This document shows positions 1 to 8,402 of a DNA stretch of 64,000 nucleotides, in pieces (within the stretch, counting starts at the first letter, position 1; each line of letters starts with the position of its first letter). The DNA lies in assembly GCA_963665665.1 (NCBI GenBank), contig OY762428.1, positions 1,024,001-1,088,000 on the forward strand, read 5' to 3'. The position numbers and the translations under genes were made by a program. The notes below the pieces were generated by a model. It was given only the letters and a program-made list of their open reading frames with translations. It did not search any database and had not been told where the DNA came from. Source of the stretch: Candidatus Kapaibacterium sp. (GTDB lineage Bacteria > Bacteroidota > Ignavibacteria > Kapaibacteriales > UBA2268).

Positions 1-981
1 ACTGATGAGGGATGGTTATACGAAGCGGTAAGAATATACGATTTAAAAGGGGAGTATCTCGGTGTTAAAACTTATGATTCTTTGTATTACACTGATTATA
101 GAACTTTAGTTATTCAGGAATTACACAAACTGGAGCAGGGCGGATATTTTGCTCTTGGCGCTTATCAGAAAGAAACAGATTTTAAACATGAGGATAAAAT
201 GTTTTTTTTCGATGATTCTGTAAATATTATTAAAAGAATAGATTTTGAAAGACCTGAAAGAGCTGTTGCAGGTACAATAGAAACTTTGAAAGATAACAAT
301 GTTATACTATTTGGAAGAATAGCTGCCATTCCCTGGGCAATTGGTCAGCCACGCGACACCAACAGGGCTTTTATATGGAAATTTGACCTGACCGGTGAAA
401 CAATATGGCTGAAGGAATACCCTACAACTTTATATTCAGTATTTTCTGCTGCTGTAGAACTTGATAACGGCGATTTGATAGCCGTCGGGAATTCAGTTTC
501 AGAGTTAGATTCAAACGTTGTTGAATTCTATCTTTTAAAAACAGATTCGGAAGGGAATGTTATATATAAAAGAACATGGGGCTATCCTGACCAGGGCGCC
601 CTGTACGATGCGCTTATTAACAGAAACGGGAATCTGGTTGTTCTCGGTAAGTTCAATAGCTATCCTTACCTTGCAGAATTTGATGTTGAAACACTTGATA
701 TTTTAAACAGAGATGATGAAAACAATTGCGCAATTAATATAAGCCCGAATCCGGCAATTAGCCAAACTGATATAAATATTAGTATAGACGATCCCGGCAA
801 CTACAGAATTGATATAGTTGACGAAACCGGGAGAATAGTAGAAAAACTGAAGAATACCTGGCTTGAAGAAGGTATATATCAAGAACAATTGGATGTATCG
901 GGTTACAATTCCGGAAGATATTTTTTGCGGCTGACAAATGATCTGATGACAATTACAAAGCTGTTGTGTATTGTTAAGTAA
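1..981 (+). CDS. Secreted beta-propeller-like protein with T9SS type-A C-terminal sorting domain (5'-partial)
   Basis: Frame is open from base 1. It has repeats like LLKTDSEGNVIYKRTWG and a C-terminal ISPNPA...GRYFLRL...TKLLCIVK T9SS-type tail. Confidence 0.75.
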   Translation, partial: TDEGWLYEAVRIYDLKGEYLGVKTYDSLYYTDYRTLVIQELHKLEQGGYFALGAYQKETDFKHEDKMFFFDDSVNIIKRIDFERPERAVAGTIETLKDNNVILFGRIAAIPWAIGQPRDTNRAFIWKFDLTGETIWLKEYPTTLYSVFSAAVELDNGDLIAVGNSVSELDSNVVEFYLLKTDSEGNVIYKRTWGYPDQGALYDALINRNGNLVVLGKFNSYPYLAEFDVETLDILNRDDENNCAINISPNPAISQTDINISIDDPGNYRIDIVDETGRIVEKLKNTWLEEGIYQEQLDVSGYNSGRYFLRLTNDLMTITKLLCIVK

Positions 982-1004
982 AGAATGCTTCCCGCCGGAA
1001 ATAC

Positions 1005-1028
1005 TCCCTGCCCTATGGCAGGGATTTT
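1005..1028 (+). terminator. Probable intrinsic terminator
   Basis: TCCCTGCC-CTAT-GGCAGGGA hairpin followed by TTTT, just after the stop at 981. Confidence 0.55.
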
Positions 1029-1218
1029 CCCGATAATTCCATTTGTATTATCAATAATAATTTCATAAAAGCTTGCAGCAATGATAATTAAAATCGGCAT
1101 TCTTACTGGTATATAAAACATATTTCATCAAATCAATAGTTCGTTGACAATTGATATACCCTTAGTATATTCCGATGCTCTTTTTCGTGGATAAATGCAC
1201 AAAGCCCCGAAGCAAAAA

Positions 1219-1282
1219 TGTCATTCTGACGGAGCGAAGCGACGAAGAATCCATCTTCCTTCGCAGATATTGTATGAAGAAT
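1219..1282. repeat. REP-like palindromic element (GTCATTCTGA...GAAGAATC family), right arm missing
   Basis: TGTCATTCTGACGGAGCGAAGCGACGAAGAATCC matches the copies at 3251-3342 and 36516-36607. Confidence 0.75.
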
Positions 1283-1529
1283 CCACCCCGTCTCGTTGCG
1301 CTCGCCACCCCTCAACGAGGGGAATTTTCCGGAACTCCACCCCCGCCCTTCGGGCACCCCTCAAGAAGGGAAGTTTTATAAAATCAGCCATCCAGAAAGC
1401 GGCGTAGCCGCGACATTTTTGTAGAAAATCGATCCCGGGATGAACAAGAGCCCCGTCGGGGCGGCATTTATATATCAGATGTCGCTCCTACGGAGCTTTT
1501 TCCCTCCTTCAGAAGGATGTGGCCGGGGG
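1280..1529. repeat. 250-bp direct repeat, copy 1 (cluster of several palindromic REP-like motifs)
   Basis: Aligns by eye to 3428-3677 with ~7 mismatches. Contains CCCCTC-AAC-GAGGGG, GCGGC-GTA-GCCGC, GCCCC-GTC-GGGGC and GCTCC-TAC-GGAGC hairpins. Confidence 0.92.
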
Positions 1530-1571
1530 GAGATAGGAAGGGGCAGAAGCAAAGAAACGATTGTTTTGGAT

Positions 1572-2047
1572 ATTGACGCCTTGGTCGGAGTTATTGATGC
1601 ATTGGTTGAAGTCAATGCACCAATGTTTTGCTTTATTGATGCCTTGGTCGGAGTCATTGCCGCCTTGTTTGAAGATAATGAACTCTTGGTCGAAGTCATT
1701 GACGCCTTGGTCGAAGTCATTGATGCCTTGTTTAGAGGCAAAGTACAGATGTTCGAAGTCATTGATGCCTTGTTTAGAGGCAAAGTACAGATGTTCGAAG
1801 TCATTGCTACCTTGGTCAGAGGCAAAACACCAATGTTTGACGCCATTGCACCAATGTTTGATTTTATTGTTGCCTTGATCGGAGTCATTGACGCCTTGTT
1901 CGGAGTCATTGATGCTTTGTTTAGGGGCAAAGTAATGATATTTGACATTATTGCTGCCTTGTTTTACTTCAAAGCCCTCTCCTTCGGGGAGGGTTTGGGA
2001 GGGGTCGAAGTTATTGCACAGATGTTTTATTCAATTGCTGCCTTGTT
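1572..2047 (-). repeat. Tandem 21/42-bp repeat array (left arm)
   Basis: Units such as ATTGATGCCTTGGTCGAAGTC and ATTGATGCCTTGTTTAGAGGCAAAGTACAGATGTTCGAAGTC. The overlapping ORFs called here are probably products of the repeat periodicity. Confidence 0.85.
1971..2006. repeat. REP-like element (CCCTCTCC-TTCG-GGGAGGG family) embedded in the tandem array
   Basis: AAAGCCCTCTCCTTCGGGGAGGGTTTGGGAGGGGTC. Its reverse complement resembles 33226-33278. Confidence 0.7.
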
Positions 2048-2089
2048 TTGGGGTAATGATTGCTTGTGTAGCGTTGGAATCCGGAATAT

Positions 2090-2595
2090 TTAATTGATTG
2101 TATTATTTATAATATTTGAATAATAAAATATATCATAAGAATTAGTAAATATTTAAGTGTTTGTAGTAAATATATTTATCAGATTATTAAATAATCATAT
2201 AAATTTACAATATTAATAATATAACTAATCAAATAAATAATTCAAACAAGTCATTAATCACTCCATTTTATTATTTATTATTCTTTATTTATAAAATATA
2301 TTAAAGATCTAAGAATATATTTAATTACTCTAACAAATTAGAAATACTGATTAATTAGTAGGTTAATACTAATATTTAATAGTTCATAAAATTAATTTAA
2401 TAAATCATATCAATTATTTAATTATATATATAAAATATTTAGTTATACATATAAAAAGTTTTGTTAGATGAACTATATCAAGGCTTGGATATGTTATATA
2501 TATTATTATAAATACTATATATTTGTTATAATTAGTATAATATTTAATATTTTAGATTGAATATTTAATTATTAGTTTTATTTATATACTATTCT
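2090..2595. other. Extremely AT-rich non-coding core
   Basis: Almost only A/T by eye, and no ORF in the six-frame track. Confidence 0.8.
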
Positions 2596-2622
2596 CATTT
2601 GTATCTTTGGGATTTCAATGCC

Positions 2623-3048
2623 AAACAAGCAAGCAATGAGGCGGAACAAGCAAGCAATGAGGCGGAACAAGCAAGCAATGAGGCAAGACAAGCGTACAAT
2701 AAGGCCAAACAAACATGCAGTAAGGCGGAACAAGCATGCAATGAAGTAGAACACGACAACAGTAAGGCGGAACAAGCATGCAATGAAGTAGAACACGACA
2801 ACAGTAAGGCGGAACAAGCATGCAATGAAGTAGAACACGACAACAGTAAGGCGAAACAAGCATGCAATGAAGCAGAACAAGACATCAGTAAAGCGGAACA
2901 AGCATGCAATGAAGTAGAACACGACAACAGTAAGGCGAAACAAGCATGCAATGAAGCCAAACAAGACATCAGTAATGTGGAACAAGTGAGCAATGAAGCA
3001 GAACAAGACATCAGTAAGGCCAAATTTCACTACATTAAGGCCAAACAG
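2623..3048 (+). repeat. Tandem 21/42-bp repeat array (right arm); could encode a heptad-repeat peptide (ORF 2599-3051)
   Basis: Units CAAGCAAGCAATGAGGCGGAA and CAAGCATGCAATGAAGTAGAACACGACAACAGTAAGGCGGAA, translating as QACNEVEHDNSKAE. Confidence 0.85.
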
Positions 3049-3250
3049 TAGTTCAATACCTCCGGACAAGGCAGTTTAAAGCCCTGCCAACAAAGCAATT
3101 AGCCCAAACATCAGGATTCTGGTTCAAAACAGCGTTGAAATAAGGAAATTATTCGATTCATTGAAACCACAGGATGGGGAATTAAGGCCGGCGGTTGGTT
3201 CATTGGGGTGGAAAAACGGGGGGTAAGGGCCGGAGAAGGAGGTATTATGT

Positions 3251-3342
3251 TGTCTTTCTGAAAGAGCGAAGCGACAGAAGAATCCATCTTTGTTCGCAGA
3301 TAGTGTGTGAAGAATGGATTCTTCGCTGGCGCTCAGAATGAC
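3251..3342. repeat. REP-like palindromic element, complete copy
   Basis: TGTCTTTCTGA...GAAGAATCCAT...ATGGATTCTTC...TCAGAATGAC inverted arms. Confidence 0.8.
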
Positions 3343-3427
3343 CTTCCAGCCTTATAATCGTCAAAATCAATAGCCACGTGCTTTAGCTCGTGGATAATAA
3401 TGCAAGGTTCGGAAACTAAGAAAAAGA

Positions 3428-3677
3428 AATCCACCCCGTCTCGCTGCGCTCGCCACCCCTCAACGAGGGGAATTTTCCGGAACTTCACCCCCGCCCTTCG
3501 GGTACCCCTCAAGAAGGGAAGTTTTATAAAATCAGCCATCCAGAAAGCGGCGTAGCCGCGACATTTTTGTAGAAAATCGATCCCGGGATGAACAACAGCC
3601 CCGTCGGGGCGGCATTTATATATCAGATGTCGCTCCTACGGAGCTTTTTCCCTTCTTCAGAAGGAGGGGGCCGGGGG
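3428..3677. repeat. 250-bp direct repeat, copy 2
   Basis: Near-identical to 1280-1529, offset 2148 bp. Confidence 0.92.
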
Positions 3678-3828
3678 TTACGATGCTAAGTAACATTTTA
3701 ATTCTCCATACCTTATAAAGCAAGATGTAACGTTCTTGTTCCTGATATTAGATATTATACAATACAGTGCAATATATTTTTTTACTTTATAATATTTTTT
3801 TAATTTGCAGAAAGAATTTGGAGATAGG

Positions 3829-4030
3829 ATGAAAAAATTACTTGGAAAAACTTACGTCTCTACACCAGAGATAGCAGAGCAATTAGGATATAACTTTCAG
3901 ACTATCCGTAGGTGGCGTAATGATGAAACCATACCTGCTAAAAATTGGCAAAGAATGTTTAGTTTTGGAAGAAGATTATCAGGCATTTTTAAAGGAAAAA
4001 CTCAGCCAGAATGACAACAAAAAAGGCTGA
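3829..4030 (+). pseudogene. Frameshifted excisionase-like (HTH_17/MerR-type) DNA-binding protein
   Basis: MKKLLGKTYVSTPEIAEQLGYNFQTIRRWRNDETIPAK, then after a frameshift in the A-run at 3940-3944, IGKECLVLEEDYQAFLKEKLSQNDNKKG*. This is the typical Xis-like 'IPA.KIG..W.V...D...FL' pattern. Confidence 0.7.
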
Positions 4031-4163
4031 CAAAATGACATAGAGTCACGAATCGGGCACGAAGCCGCAAAGCAGGAATATTATAATCCCTTTAAATTTT
4101 AGGATTATAGAAATGCACAACACAATTAATTGACAATTGTACAATATAATACGGGTTATATAA

Positions 4164-5252
4164 ATGGCTGGAATAAATGACAGTACGATCAGAGAGGCCC
4201 TGACCAATGTAAACGATCCGGACCTCGGACAAAACATCGTTGACCTGGATTTCATTTCCAATATTGATATAAATAACAATTCGCTTACCGTTGACCTGGA
4301 AATCACAGGCCCGGCGCATATAGCCGCCGAAAAAATCCAGACTGACTGCGTGAATGTTCTGAAAGACTACGCAGCAGATTTGAAAATTACAGTAAACGTA
4401 ACCGAAAAGCCATTCGAGAAAAAAGGTAACGGCCCGCTGGACGGCGTTAAGAATATTATCGCTATAGCTTCCGGCAAGGGCGGGGTTGGTAAATCAGCAG
4501 TGTCTTCCAATCTTGCTGCTGCTTTATCACTAACCGGTGCAAAAGTTGGTATTCTGGACGGAGATATTTACGGCCCGAGCCAACCAACGATGTTTGGCCT
4601 TAATGATGCTTCTCTCCAGGCTATTCAGGACGAAAACGGTAAAAATATTACCTTCCCTGCAGATAAATACGGTATCAAAGTAGCATCAATGGGTTTTATA
4701 ATTAACCGTGATGAAGCTGCTATCGTTCGCGGCCCGATGCTGGCAGGATATTTCTCAATGCTCTTTGAGCAGGTTCACTGGGGAGACCTCGATTATCTGA
4801 TCTTCGACCTGCCTCCCGGCACAGGTGATATTCAGCTGACACTTACACAGAAAATTCCTCTGACCGGTTCGGTAATCGTTACTACACCACAGGAAATTTC
4901 CGTGGCAGATGTCAGGCGCAGCATTGCCATGTTCAAGCGCGTTAACGTTGATATAATGGGCGTAATAGAAAACATGAGTTATTTCGTTCCACCGGATATG
5001 CCCGACAAAAAATACTATATCTTCGGCGAAGGCGGCGGTCGCAAAGAAGCTGATGAGAAAGGCATTAACTTCCTTGGTGAAATACCACTCTTCATGGGCT
5101 TCCGTGAAAGCAATGATAATGGTATGCCATACGTGCTTCGTGAGGATGCAGGGCATCACGGTGAAGTAATTAAAGAAATTGCTGCAAAAATGGTTTCCGA
5201 AACAAGGAAGAAAAACCATGGCGGAGCAGAAGATCTGGATATTGAACTCTAA
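4164..5252 (+). CDS. mrp: Mrp/NBP35 (ApbC) Fe-S cluster carrier ATPase with N-terminal MIP18/DUF59 domain
   Basis: ASGKGGVGKS deviant Walker A, plus DGDIYGPS, DLPPGTGD, VTTPQ and ENMSYF motifs. Confidence 0.93.
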   Translation: MAGINDSTIREALTNVNDPDLGQNIVDLDFISNIDINNNSLTVDLEITGPAHIAAEKIQTDCVNVLKDYAADLKITVNVTEKPFEKKGNGPLDGVKNIIAIASGKGGVGKSAVSSNLAAALSLTGAKVGILDGDIYGPSQPTMFGLNDASLQAIQDENGKNITFPADKYGIKVASMGFIINRDEAAIVRGPMLAGYFSMLFEQVHWGDLDYLIFDLPPGTGDIQLTLTQKIPLTGSVIVTTPQEISVADVRRSIAMFKRVNVDIMGVIENMSYFVPPDMPDKKYYIFGEGGGRKEADEKGINFLGEIPLFMGFRESNDNGMPYVLREDAGHHGEVIKEIAAKMVSETRKKNHGGAEDLDIEL

Positions 5253-5497
5253 TGTCCGATACAGAAAATATTATCGCCCGCATTCATAAGGCTATTGAAG
5301 AAATACGGCCTTATCTTGCCGAGGATGGCGGAAACATCGAGTTTGTCCGCTGGGAAGAAGAAACGGGCGTGGTAGAAATACGATTCCTGGGGCAGTGCAT
5401 TGACTGCCCCATGGCTATTATGACGCTCAGAGCCGGAATTGAAAGAGTCCTTCTGAACCGTGTTCCGGAAGCCAGGCGGATAGAAGCTGTAAAGTGA
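5252..5497 (+). CDS. NifU C-terminal/NfuA-like Fe-S scaffold protein
   Basis: IRPYLAEDGGNIEFV...FLGQCIDCPMAIMTLRAGIE; translationally coupled to mrp. Confidence 0.9.
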   Translation: MSDTENIIARIHKAIEEIRPYLAEDGGNIEFVRWEEETGVVEIRFLGQCIDCPMAIMTLRAGIERVLLNRVPEARRIEAVK

Positions 5498-5526
5498 AAT
5501 ATTTTTTCCAGACTTGAAAAAAAGTG

Positions 5527-5558
5527 TTTGGCAGATTAAAATAATCTCCGTAAATTTG
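5527..5558 (+). promoter_or_regulatory. Putative Bacteroidota-type promoter for the tRNA cluster
   Basis: TTTG (-33), 20 nt, TAAATTTG (TAnnTTTG, -7), ending 13 nt before tRNA-Val. Confidence 0.55.
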
Positions 5559-5571
5559 TATCTCACTTGAG

Positions 5572-5646
5572 GGGCGAGTAGCTCAGTTGGTCTAGAGCAC
5601 CTGCCTTACAAGCAGGGGGTCGGGAGTTCGACTCTCTCCTCGCCCA
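5572..5646 (+). tRNA. tRNA-Val(TAC), copy 1
   Basis: GGGCGAG/CTCGCCC acceptor, GCTC/GAGC D-stem, CCTGC-CTTACAA-GCAGG anticodon arm, GGGAG-TTCGACT-CTCTC T-arm. Confidence 0.96.
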
Positions 5647-5774
5647 CAAGAAACCTCAGTGATTCATTTGCCGGGGTTTTGTTTTTTGAAAAAGGATTTG
5701 GACTGATGATAGGTTCGTGGGTTTTGTGGCCTTGCGCCCATTGTCTATCGCCTCGGGCAGCCAAAAAGTTCTTT

Positions 5775-5859
5775 GCAGAAGTGGCGGAATTGGTAGACGC
5801 GCTAGACTCAAAATCTGGTGGCCTTTACGGTCGTGTGGGTTCGAGTCCCACCTTCTGTA
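5775..5859 (+). tRNA. tRNA-Leu(CAA), copy 1
   Basis: GCAGAAG/CTTCTGT acceptor, CTAGA-CTCAAAA-TCTGG anticodon arm, long variable arm, GTGGG-TTCGAGT-CCCAC T-arm. Confidence 0.95.
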
Positions 5860-5878
5860 CAAATTGAAAATTTATTCC

Positions 5879-5953
5879 GGGCGAGTAGCTCAGTTGGTCT
5901 AGAGCACCTGCCTTACAAGCAGGGGGTCGGGAGTTCGACTCTCTCCTCGCCCA
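5879..5953 (+). tRNA. tRNA-Val(TAC), copy 2
   Basis: Identical to 5572-5646. Confidence 0.96.
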
Positions 5954-6922
5954 CAAGTAAAGAGATATTCTTAATTGAATATCTCTTTTTCTTTTATATA
6001 GCAGCTTGATTTTTTTCATCTTATACAATTAGTGATCTCTCGCCCCGTGTCTTACGCACGATCGGGAGTTCGACTCTCGCCTCGCCCACAAGAAAAACCT
6101 CTGAAACGGGGTTTTGTTTTTTGAAACAGGATTTGGACTGATGATAGGTTCGTGGGTTTTGTGGTCTCTTGCCCCGTGTCTTACGCACGATCGGGAGTTC
6201 GACTATCTCCTCGCCCACAAGAAAACCTCAGTATTTTTATGCTGAGGTTTTTTTATTTTCTCTCGCCCCGTGTCTTAACGCACGGTCGGGAGTTCGACTC
6301 TCTTATCGCCAACCATCAAATAAGCTTCGATACATCGATATCGAGGCTTTTTGCGTTTTAGTATTTCCTCTGGTCCTTCGCCCCGTGTCTTAACGCAGCC
6401 TCGGGTGTTCGACTCTCGCCTCGCCAACCATCAAATAAGCTTCGATACATTGATATCGAGGCTTTTTTGCGTTTTAGTAGATATTATGGTCTCTCGCCCC
6501 GTGTCTTAACGCACGCTCGGGAGTTATCCCTCCTCGCCCACAAGAAACCTCAGTGATTCATTTGTCGGGGTTTTGTTTTTTGAAAAAGGATTTGGACTGA
6601 TGATAGGTTCGTGGGTTTTGTGGTCTCGCGCCCCGTGTCTTAACGCACGATCGGGAGTTCGACTCTCTCCTCGCCCACAAGAAACCTCAGTGATTCATTT
6701 GCCGGGGTTTTGTTTTTTGAAAAAGGATTTGGACTGATGATAGGTTCGTGGGTTTTGTGGTCTCGCGCCCCGTGTCTTAACGCACGATCGGGAGTTCGAC
6801 TCTCTCCTCGCCCACAAGAAAAACCTCTGAAACGGGGTTTTGTTTTTTGAAAAATAATGGTTCTCGCGGGTTTATGGTCTTGCGCCCATTGTCTATCGCC
6901 TCGGGCAGCCAAAAAGTTCTTT

Positions 6923-7007
6923 GCAGAAGTGGCGGAATTGGTAGACGCGCTAGACTCAAAATCTGGTGGCCTTTACGGTCGTGTGGGTTCGAGTCCCACC
7001 TTCTGTA
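6923..7007 (+). tRNA. tRNA-Leu(CAA), copy 2
   Basis: Identical to 5775-5859. Confidence 0.95.
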
Positions 7008-7026
7008 CAAATTGAAAATTTATTCC

Positions 7027-7104
7027 GGGCGAGTAGCTCAGTTGGTCTAGAGCACCTGCCTTACAAGCAGGGGGTCGGGAGTTCGACTCTCTCCTCGCCC
7101 ACCA
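7027..7104 (+). tRNA. tRNA-Val(TAC), copy 3, with genomically encoded CCA
   Basis: Identical body to the other Val copies; ends CTCGCCC-A-CCA. Confidence 0.96.
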
Positions 7105-7982
7105 TCAAATAAGCTTCGATATATCGATATCGAGGCTTTTTGCGTTTTAGTAGATATTATAGTCTCTCGCCCCGTGTCTTACGCACGATCGGGAGTTCGA
7201 CTCTCTCCTCGCCCACAAGAAAACCTCAGTATTTTTATGCTGAGGTTTTTTTATTTTCTCGCGCCCCGTGTCTTAACGCACGATCGGGAGTTCGACTCTC
7301 GCCTCGCCCACAAGAAAAACCTCTGAAACGGGGTTTTGTTTTTTGAAACAGGATTTGGACTGATGATAGGTTCGTGGGTTTTGTGGTCTCTTGCCCCGTG
7401 TCTTACGCACGATCGGGAGTTCGACTCTCTCCTCGCGCACAAGAAAACCTCAGTATTTTTATATGCTGAGGTTTTTTTATTTTCTCTCGCCCCGTGTCTT
7501 AACGCACGGTCGGGTGTTCGACTCTCTCCTCGCCCACAAGAAACCTCAGTGATTCATTTGCCGGGGTTTTGTTTTTTGAAAAAGGATTTGGACTGATGAT
7601 AGGTTCGTGGGTTTTGTGGTCTCGCGCCCCGTGTCTTAACGCACGATCGGGAGTTCGACTCTCGCCTCGCCCACAAGTAAAGAGATATTCTTAATTGAAT
7701 ATCTCTTTTTCTTTTATATAGCAGCTTGATTTTTTTCATCTTATACAATTAGTGATCTCTCGCCCCGTGTCTTAACGCACGATCGGGAGTTCGACTCTCG
7801 CCTCGCCCAGCAAAAATAAGTGAATAAAATTTATCACTTCTAAATTCAAAATGCGATTAAAATATTTACATAATCCCAAGAAAGGTTATTATCGATTTTT
7901 CAGAAATAAAGTTAGAATCTTTATTATTGAATAAATTTTTTGTATATTATTATTTAATGTTTTATCAAATGGAGGAAAGCCC

Positions 7983-8402
7983 ATGAGAGACTTTATTGGC
8001 ATTAGCCGAAAGGAATTAACAGTTTATTTCATTGTTGTAATTGCTTTAGCGATAATTCCACTATTTATTGTTATGAACTACAGTTTTTTTATTGATGATT
8101 ATGGCAAACCAAACATGGTACTAATTGGCTTTTACGATTTTTTTGCAGTATTGGGTAGCCTGCAGCTTTTTGGAATTCGTATCGCCAGCCTTGTGATATT
8201 AATAATAGCCGAAAGAAGGTTGGAAAATCCAAACTACTGGTGGGCAGCAGCCGGGTTAGTATTTGGTTTTATTGCAGTAATTGCATATATGGCCTGGTTT
8301 GTTATCAACCGCCTGAATATTATCTCCAACCCAGAGGACAACAATCAAAGTTTAATTGAAAATATTAAAAATTTTGTTAGAAAGGTAAGATCATGGACCT
8401 GA
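7983..8402 (+). CDS. Hypothetical 3-TM membrane protein
   Basis: GGAGG RBS upstream, three hydrophobic segments, resembles the next ORF. Confidence 0.7.
   Translation: MRDFIGISRKELTVYFIVVIALAIIPLFIVMNYSFFIDDYGKPNMVLIGFYDFFAVLGSLQLFGIRIASLVILIIAERRLENPNYWWAAAGLVFGFIAVIAYMAWFVINRLNIISNPEDNNQSLIENIKNFVRKVRSWT

Larger units (their letters stand above)
6041..7809 (+). repeat. Array of 13 truncated 3'-half tRNA-Val repeats with terminator-bearing spacers
   Basis: Consensus CGCCCCGTGTCTT(A)ACGCACGATCGGGAGTTCGACTCTCTCCTCGCCCA. Copies start at about 6041, 6170, 6264, 6379, 6495, 6629, 6766, 7168, 7262, 7392, 7488, 7625 and 7761. Confidence 0.95.

Noticed and set aside
2090-2595. Chromosomal oriC
   Set aside because: AT-rich, but I see no cluster of TTATCCACA-type DnaA boxes and no dnaA or other typical origin neighbours.
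1133-3539. Overlapping ORFs in the REP and 21-bp repeat region as real genes
   Set aside because: Period-21 repeats keep several frames open on both strands. There is no recognisable domain, and only 2599-3051 remains a weak candidate.
5656-7748. Many short ORFs over the tRNA array
   Set aside because: They are shadow translations of tRNA and repeat sequence on both strands.
6041-7809. CRISPR array
   Set aside because: The repeats are tRNA-derived, the spacers recur in five classes and contain terminators, lengths vary widely, and no cas genes are present.
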